In this document: piece after piece, positions 58,167 through 64,000 of the stretch
How the letters are laid out: each line of letters begins with the position of its first letter
Position numbering within the stretch: the stretch's first letter is position 1
Origin: Verrucomicrobiia bacterium
GTDB lineage: Bacteria; Verrucomicrobiota; Verrucomicrobiia; Limisphaerales; UBA8199
DNA length: 64,000 bases
Direction of reading: 5' to 3'
Assembly: GCA_035934555.1 (NCBI GenBank)
Contig: DASYXT010000096.1
Coordinates: 1-64,000 of the forward strand
The notes under the pieces: model-generated
What the model saw: the letters and a program-made list of their open reading frames with translations, nothing else
Told to the model about the DNA's origin: nothing
The model's database searches: none
Made by a program: the position numbers and the translations under genes

Positions 58167-59060
58167 ATGAGCGCCTCTCCCGCTGAGAAAATTGTTAAGA
58201 TCGGTCTGCTGCAATCGGCCTGCTCACCGGACCCGGCGCTGAACCTGGAAAAGACGCTGGTTGCCGCCCAACACGCCGCCGACCAGGGCGCGCAAATCAT
58301 TTGCACCCAGGAACTGTTCCGGTCGCAGTACTTTTGCCAAACTGAAGACCACCGCTTTTTCGACCTGGCCGAACCGATTCCGGGCCCAACTACGGCCGCC
58401 TTTCAACAACTGGCGCGGCAGCGGCAACTGGTGCTCATCGTTTCGCTCTTCGAACGCCGCGCGCCCGGCCTTTACCACAACACCGCCGCGATCATCGACG
58501 CCGATGGTTCTTTGCTCGGGCTCTACCGCAAGATGCATATCCCCGATGACCCGCTTTATTACGAGAAGTTTTATTTCACCCCCGGGGACCTGGGTTTCCG
58601 CGCCTGGCAAACGCGTTATGGCAAAATTGGAGTATTGGTGTGTTGGGACCAATGGTATCCGGAAGCGGCGCGCCTTACCGCTCTGCAGGGAGCCGAGCTC
58701 CTTTTCTATCCCACCGCGATCGGCTGGCACCCCGCTGAAAAAAGCAGCGTGGGCGAGCAGCAACACACTGCCTGGGAGACTATCCAACGCGCACACGCCA
58801 TCGCCAATGGCTGCTATGTTGCTGCTCCCAATCGTGTCGGGCTCGAACAACTCGCAGGCGACGGCATCGAATTCTGGGGCCAAAGCTTCATCGCCGGCAC
58901 CTCCGGCGAAATTCTCGCCCGCGCCAGCAGCGACCGCGAGGAGCTGCTCGTTGTGCCTGTCGATCTCGCCAAAGTCGAGGTCACCCGCAGGCATTGGCCA
59001 TTCTTCCGGGACCGGCGCATCGACGCGTACGGCGACTTGACAAAACGGCTGGTAGATTGA
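58167..59060 (+). CDS. aguB: Carbon-nitrogen hydrolase, N-carbamoylputrescine amidase-like
   Basis: Nitrilase-superfamily E-K-C triad context (CTQELF, YRKMHIPDDPLYYEKFYFTPGD, VLVCWDQWYPE). Confidence 0.75.
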   Translation: MSASPAEKIVKIGLLQSACSPDPALNLEKTLVAAQHAADQGAQIICTQELFRSQYFCQTEDHRFFDLAEPIPGPTTAAFQQLARQRQLVLIVSLFERRAPGLYHNTAAIIDADGSLLGLYRKMHIPDDPLYYEKFYFTPGDLGFRAWQTRYGKIGVLVCWDQWYPEAARLTALQGAELLFYPTAIGWHPAEKSSVGEQQHTAWETIQRAHAIANGCYVAAPNRVGLEQLAGDGIEFWGQSFIAGTSGEILARASSDREELLVVPVDLAKVEVTRRHWPFFRDRRIDAYGDLTKRLVD

Positions 59061-59926
59061 ACGCACGCGCCATCTGGATCACCGGGGCCGGCGGCTTGAT
59101 TGGAAGCTGGTTGGTGAAAACCACGCCTCGATTCCTGCAAGCCACAACCCTCCGCGCCTTGACCCGTGCCCAGGTGGATCTAAGCGACTTCGCTGCGGTT
59201 GCCCGCGAATTCGCGCGGCAACCTCCGCAACTGGTGGTTCATTGCGCAGCGCTCAGCCGCAGCCCCGAATGCGAGCAGCAACCGTCTCTCGCCCGCAAAC
59301 TCAATGTGGACCTCACCGCCCTGCTCGCCGAACTCAGCGCCGCAATCCCGTTCGTCTTCTTCTCCTCGGACCTGGTCTTCGATGGACGCCAGGGCAATTA
59401 TGACGAAGCGGCTCCAGTCAATCCCTTGAGCGTGTATGGCGAGACCAAGGCCGTGGCCGAACAGATTGTCCTGCGTAATCCGCGCCACACCGTCGTGCGC
59501 ACTTCCTTGAATAGCGGAGTTTCGCCAAGCGGCGACCGCGGACTGGAAGAACAACTGCAGCGGAGCTGGGCCGCGGGGCGCCTCACGCGGCTTTTTGTTG
59601 ATGAATTTCGCTGCCCTATACCTGCCGAAGTAACGGCGCGCGCGATCTGGGAACTGGTCGCCCAATCGGCCACCGGCCTTTATCATCTGGCCGGGAGCGA
59701 GCGTCTGTCCCGCTGGCAAATCGGCCAACTCGTCGCGAGTCGTTGTCCCCACCTCAATCCCCAGCTTGAGCCCGCGTCCCTGAAGGATTATCAAGGCGCC
59801 CCTCGCCCGGCCGACAGCTCATTGAAATGCGCAAAAGTCCAATCCTTGCTCTCGTTTCAACTCCCCCGCTGGAGCGAGTGGCTGGCGTCGCACGCCGCTG
59901 CGCAACACGCGGGCGAACCTGCCTGA
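59057..59926 (+). CDS. NAD(P)-dependent sugar epimerase/reductase (RmlD-like short-chain dehydrogenase/reductase)
   Basis: Probable TTG start overlapping the aguB stop. Motifs ITGAGGLIGS and YGETK (the YxxxK catalytic pair). The ORF extends to 58994 through an improbable leader. Confidence 0.65.
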   Translation: MNARAIWITGAGGLIGSWLVKTTPRFLQATTLRALTRAQVDLSDFAAVAREFARQPPQLVVHCAALSRSPECEQQPSLARKLNVDLTALLAELSAAIPFVFFSSDLVFDGRQGNYDEAAPVNPLSVYGETKAVAEQIVLRNPRHTVVRTSLNSGVSPSGDRGLEEQLQRSWAAGRLTRLFVDEFRCPIPAEVTARAIWELVAQSATGLYHLAGSERLSRWQIGQLVASRCPHLNPQLEPASLKDYQGAPRPADSSLKCAKVQSLLSFQLPRWSEWLASHAAAQHAGEPA

Positions 59927-59931
59927 CCGCG

Positions 59932-60819
59932 ATGCCAGGCGCCGAAGCAGCCGTCCATCCCGCTTCCGTAGCGAGCGACTATCGTGGTCGCCTGGCACCC
60001 TCACCCACCGGGTTCCTTCACCTCGGGCACGCCGCCACGTTCTGGACCGCCCAGCACCGCGCCCAAACCCATCACGGAATCCTGGTGCTGAGAAATGAAG
60101 ACTTGGATACCGCCCGCTGCCGCGCGAGCTTTGTCGAAGCCATGTTCGAGGACCTCCGTTGGTTCGGCTTGCGCTGGCAGGAAGGACCGGATTGTGGCGG
60201 ACCATTTGCCCCCTACTCACAAAGCCAGCGGATGACGCTTTATCGCGCCACCTTTGCGCAGTTGCGCCAGACCGGTTTGGTTTATCCCTGTACTTGTTCT
60301 CGCCGTGATGTACTTCAGGCCCTGGGCGCACCGCATGCGGGCGAAGAGGAACCGCTCTATCCAGGCACTTGCCGCCCTGGCCACGGCCATTCCGTCGCAC
60401 TTGGGCCAACCTCAGGTCCCCGCCCGGTCAATTGGCGTTTCCGCGTTCCGGACGGTGAAATCCTTTCGTTCACCGACGGATATTACGGCCGGCAAAAGTT
60501 CGTGGCCGGAACGGATTTTGGCGATTTTGTTGTCTGGCGACACGATGACACTCCCGCCTATCAACTCGCGGTCGTGGCGGACGACGCCGCGATGCGCATC
60601 ACAGAAGTTGTGCGTGGACAGGACCTGCTCAAATCGACCGCCCGCCAACTGCTCCTCTACCGTGCGTTGCGACTCCCTATTCCGGCATTTTATCATTGCC
60701 CTTTGATCACCGACGAATCCGGCGTCCGCCTGGCGAAACGCGACGCCGCGCTGAGCCTCCGTGCGCTGCGCGAACGAGGGGTGACACCTGAAGCTGCTCG
60801 AAAGGCGCGCGGACTTTAG
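59932..60819 (+). CDS. gluQ: Glutamyl-Q tRNA(Asp) synthetase (GluQRS/YadB)
   Basis: Truncated GluRS catalytic domain (RLAPSPTGFLHLGH, YPCTCSRRD Zn site, VRLAKRDAAL). Its stop TAG is formed by the loop of a REP-like element. Confidence 0.85.
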   Translation: MPGAEAAVHPASVASDYRGRLAPSPTGFLHLGHAATFWTAQHRAQTHHGILVLRNEDLDTARCRASFVEAMFEDLRWFGLRWQEGPDCGGPFAPYSQSQRMTLYRATFAQLRQTGLVYPCTCSRRDVLQALGAPHAGEEEPLYPGTCRPGHGHSVALGPTSGPRPVNWRFRVPDGEILSFTDGYYGRQKFVAGTDFGDFVVWRHDDTPAYQLAVVADDAAMRITEVVRGQDLLKSTARQLLLYRALRLPIPAFYHCPLITDESGVRLAKRDAALSLRALRERGVTPEAARKARGL

Positions 60820-60827
60820 TCCGCAGC
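60806..60827. repeat. REP-like element GCGCGCGGACTTTAGTCCGCAGC (reverse orientation)
   Basis: Same family as the elements at 38825, 42915 and 43555-43640. It contains the gluQ stop codon. Confidence 0.55.
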
Positions 60828-61002
60828 AACAATGAAAGGGAAAGTGGGCTCTGTCATGGGTCGCACGCGGTCGGGCGTTTGGTCCAATGCCCAATGTCAC
60901 ATCATACTGAAAGGCTTTCCGCTTGTGTTTGCTCCGCATTCCGGTTTACTCGCTCAAGAACGATGTCGGTCCCGAACCTCATCACCAAACCTAAACCCTC
61001 CT

Positions 61003-61860
61003 ATGTTAACGTCCTCCTGCCCCGAACAAACGCGTCGTGAGTTCCTCCGTCACAGTGCTTTGGCCGCTGCCGGAACCGCCATGGCATTTAACCTTGGCAG
61101 CGCCGCCGCCGCGGCCGAGCGCACCAAAATCCCCGTCGGCGTGCAACTTTATTCACTGCGGGAACAATGCAAGACGGATTTGGCGGGCATGCTGACCGCG
61201 GTCGGTAAGATTGGTTATAAAGGCGTCGAATTCGCTGGTTATCACAACCACAGCGCGAAGGAATTGCGGCAGATGCTCGATGACAACGGCTTGGTCGCCT
61301 GCGGTACCCACACGCCTTACGAATCCGTGCTGGAGGACAAGCTCAAGGAAACCGTCGAGTTCAACCACACCATCGGCAATAAGTTCCTGATCGTCCCCTG
61401 GAGGACCGGCAAGTCCCAGGCCGAATGGCTCGAGAAGGCCAGCCTGTTCAATACGCTCGCTGAGAAACTCAAGCCGGAGGGGATGTGGATTGGCTACCAC
61501 GCGCATTCCCATGATTTCGAGAAATTTGACGGTGTCTCTGCGTGGGACCTGTTTTTTGGCAACACCAAAACGGACGTGATCATGCAATTGGACACCAGCA
61601 ATTGTTGTGAGGGGGGCGCCGACCCTGTTGCGGTCCTGCACAAGTATCCGGGCCGCGCCCGCAGCATTCATATCAAAGCGTATGGCGCGGGCCCCGAGGC
61701 CGTTATTGGCGAGGACAAAGTGAACTGGCCGGAAGTCTTTGCCTGGTGTGAAACCAAAGGTGGAACGCAATGGTACGTCCTGGAACATGAGACCAGCAAA
61801 GACCCGCTCGGCACCGTAAAGAGAAGCTTTGCCGCCCTCCAGCGGCTCGGGAAGGTCTGA
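61003..61860 (+). CDS. Tat-secreted sugar-phosphate isomerase/epimerase (xylose-isomerase-like TIM barrel)
   Basis: Twin-arginine signal TRREFLRHSALAAAGTAMA, then PVGVQLYSLRE…GYKGVEFAGYH. Confidence 0.8.
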   Translation: MLTSSCPEQTRREFLRHSALAAAGTAMAFNLGSAAAAAERTKIPVGVQLYSLREQCKTDLAGMLTAVGKIGYKGVEFAGYHNHSAKELRQMLDDNGLVACGTHTPYESVLEDKLKETVEFNHTIGNKFLIVPWRTGKSQAEWLEKASLFNTLAEKLKPEGMWIGYHAHSHDFEKFDGVSAWDLFFGNTKTDVIMQLDTSNCCEGGADPVAVLHKYPGRARSIHIKAYGAGPEAVIGEDKVNWPEVFAWCETKGGTQWYVLEHETSKDPLGTVKRSFAALQRLGKV

Positions 61861-61866
61861 ACGCCG

Positions 61867-63927
61867 ATGAAACAGGACCTTGCTGGCGCGCCGGTGCGAA
61901 TCACTCTGCCGCAAGAGGACCCTGGCTTACGCCAACGGGTCCGCGATGCGGTAGCTAGTGCGGGCGTGGCCTGCGAGTTCGTTGCGGAGCAGGAGCTACG
62001 GGAAAGCGAAGAGCGCTTGCGGTTGGTGTGGGACAACTCCCTGGACGGGATGCGGCTCACGGACCCTCGTGGACGAATCATCGCAGTCAACCCTGCGTAT
62101 TGCCGATTATTCAAGCTGCCGCAGGAACGGCTGCTGGGCGAGTTGTTCACAGCCACCTACGCACCCGAAACGGCCGAATCACTACTGGAAGCATACCACC
62201 GCCGCTTCGAAAGCGGGGGAGTCCATCCTCCACTAACCACCCGCGTCACGCTCTGGAATGGCACCCTGCTTGACCTTGATATTTCGACCTGTTTCATCGA
62301 GGTAGGCGTGCGGGGGAAGATGGCGCTGACCATTTTCCGTGATGTTTCCGAGCGGTGCCGCACTGAAGCCGCCTTGCAGGCAGCGCAGCAACGGCTCCAG
62401 TATCTGCTGGCGCAAAGCCCAGCAGTGATTTACTCCCTGCGCATTGAGCAAAACACCCTCGTCCCCGATTGGGTCAGCAATTACGTTCAGCACCTGTTGG
62501 GGTTTACTCCCGAGGAATGCTGCCAGCGCGACTGGTGGGTGCAACAGATCCACGCGGATGATCGGGCGGTGCTGGAACGCAGCTTGCCCGAACTGCTCCG
62601 TGGCCGGCAGCTCGTGTTCGCCTACCGTATTCGACACAAACAGGGCGAATACCGCTGGGTGCGCGACGAACGGCGCCTGGTTTGCGATGAACTCGGCGAG
62701 CCTCGCGAGGTCTTAGGCTCATGGGTCGATATCACCGAGCGGAAAGCGCTGGAAGAGCTGTTGCGCCATTCGCAGAAAATGGAAGCCGTCGGCCTGCTCG
62801 CCGGGGGTGTGGCTCACGATTTCAACAATCTGCTCCTGGTCATGCGCGGCAACGCCGAACTCATGCTGATGGATGCGGACCAATACTCCGTTGAAGCCCG
62901 CGAATGCCTGCGCCAAATTACCGCCGCCGCCGAGCGGGCGGCCAATCTCACCCGCCAGTTGCTCGTGTTCAGCCGTAAACAAGTGCTTCAGTCCAAACCC
63001 CTCAGTCTGAACGAAGTCATCGCAAATCTCACCAAAATGCTCAAACGCATCATCGGCGAGCACATTGATCTCCAGTGCCGCTACGGCGCCGGGTTGCCCG
63101 CCGTCCAGGCCGACGCGGGCATGATGGAGCAAGTGCTGCTGAACCTGGTCGTCAATGCCCGGGATGCCATGCCTCGCGGCGGGAAAATGGAAATTAGCAC
63201 CGACCAGGTTTTTCTGAATGAAGCGGCGATCCGCACTAATCCGGAAGCACGAGCAGGCCAATTCGTTCGCCTGACCGTACGGGATTCGGGCACCGGCATC
63301 GCACCGCAAATCCTTTCGCACGTTTTTGAGCCGTTCTTCACCACCAAAGAACATGGAAAGGGCACCGGCCTGGGCCTGGCCACAGTGTATGGCATCGTCA
63401 AACAGCACGAAGGCTGGATCGAGGTCAACAGCCAACTCGGCCAGGGTACTGTCTTTACGATTTTTCTGCCCGCCCTGAGCGGCGCTGCCCTTGCCGAGGC
63501 TGCTGCGCGCCCGGAAACCCCGCCCCTGGGCGGCACCGAACCCATCCTGCTCGTCGAAGACGAGTCGGCCGTGCGCCTGGTCACCCGCCGCGTCCTCGAA
63601 AGCTTCGGTTATAAAGTCGAGGAAGCTGCCCACGCCCACGAGGCCCTGGAACTCTGGGGCGCGCGCCCGGAATATTTCCGGTTACTGCTCACCGACATGG
63701 TAATGCCGCAGGGGATTACCGGCCGCGAACTGGCCGAGCGGCTCCGCCGTGAAAATCCGCAATTGCGCATTATTTTTATGAGCGGTTACAGCGCCGAGGT
63801 TGCCGGAAGAGATACCGAGTTTTTCCGGCGCCACGGCTGCTATTTTATCCAGAAACCGTGTTCGTCGCGGCTACTGCTGGACACTGTCAGGACGTGCCTG
63901 GACGAACCGCTCCCGGCCCAACCGTGA
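61867..63927 (+). CDS. Hybrid sensor histidine kinase (PAS-PAS-HisKA-HATPase-REC)
   Basis: H-box GGVAHDFNNLLLVM, HATPase (GTGLGLATVYGIV), C-terminal REC (ILLVEDESAVR…LLLTDMVMPQ…RIIFMSGY). Confidence 0.85.
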   Translation: MKQDLAGAPVRITLPQEDPGLRQRVRDAVASAGVACEFVAEQELRESEERLRLVWDNSLDGMRLTDPRGRIIAVNPAYCRLFKLPQERLLGELFTATYAPETAESLLEAYHRRFESGGVHPPLTTRVTLWNGTLLDLDISTCFIEVGVRGKMALTIFRDVSERCRTEAALQAAQQRLQYLLAQSPAVIYSLRIEQNTLVPDWVSNYVQHLLGFTPEECCQRDWWVQQIHADDRAVLERSLPELLRGRQLVFAYRIRHKQGEYRWVRDERRLVCDELGEPREVLGSWVDITERKALEELLRHSQKMEAVGLLAGGVAHDFNNLLLVMRGNAELMLMDADQYSVEARECLRQITAAAERAANLTRQLLVFSRKQVLQSKPLSLNEVIANLTKMLKRIIGEHIDLQCRYGAGLPAVQADAGMMEQVLLNLVVNARDAMPRGGKMEISTDQVFLNEAAIRTNPEARAGQFVRLTVRDSGTGIAPQILSHVFEPFFTTKEHGKGTGLGLATVYGIVKQHEGWIEVNSQLGQGTVFTIFLPALSGAALAEAAARPETPPLGGTEPILLVEDESAVRLVTRRVLESFGYKVEEAAHAHEALELWGARPEYFRLLLTDMVMPQGITGRELAERLRRENPQLRIIFMSGYSAEVAGRDTEFFRRHGCYFIQKPCSSRLLLDTVRTCLDEPLPAQP

Positions 63928-64000
63928 TGGTAGCAGGACCTCTCTGAAGCTCACTGGTTTGGGCTCTCGGCGCATTCTTTTCGCCACCACCTCCACCACC

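Noticed and set aside
61153-62156. Minus-strand ORFs antisense to the sugar-phosphate isomerase and the downstream hybrid kinase
   Set aside because: Shadow ORFs within well-supported plus-strand genes.

Overview
High-GC (~62-63%) bacterial chromosomal window. It is dominated by a ~18.6 kb minus-strand non-ribosomal peptide synthetase (NRPS) operon (6200-24778). NRPS1 is C-A-T (1124 aa). It is translationally coupled to a 4522-aa NRPS2 with the very unusual order C-A-T-TE-A-T-C-A-T-C-FkbH-T-TE, and that is coupled to a SyrD/PvdE-type cyclic-peptide ABC exporter. Both thioesterase (TE) domains carry Cys in place of the nucleophilic Ser (GYCFGG instead of GxSxG). An FkbH-like HAD phosphatase domain sits in the terminal module, which predicts a glycerate unit, so the product is predicted to be a novel, probably lipo-initiated, glycerate-containing peptide. 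The cluster is flanked by a flotillin gene, an FHA/zinc-ribbon protein and a divergent REC-PAS histidine kinase that may regulate it. A second accessory locus (26.9-38.8 kb) encodes two paralogous right-handed beta-helix proteins (one with ~5 inserted ~60-aa repeat modules), a secreted protein, a Gly-rich fibre-like protein, a GT2-TPR glycosyltransferase and a GT9 heptosyltransferase-like enzyme with a Cys-rich C-terminus. An IS630-family element with an A9 frameshift site interrupts this locus. The rest is housekeeping (metH, gltX, gluQ, panE, HU, aguB-like amidase, ApbE, TonB receptor, Ser/Thr kinase) plus four sensor kinases. The non-coding structure I found comprises a REP-like palindromic repeat family (GCGGACTAAAGTCCGCGCTCC) that supplies stop codons to three genes, a 10-bp x5 tandem array, a 7-bp x4 tandem repeat inside the ApbE signal peptide, and a nested 28-bp perfect inverted-repeat element. 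I saw no rRNA, tRNA or CRISPR by eye. Coordinates taken by line counting may be off by +/-1.
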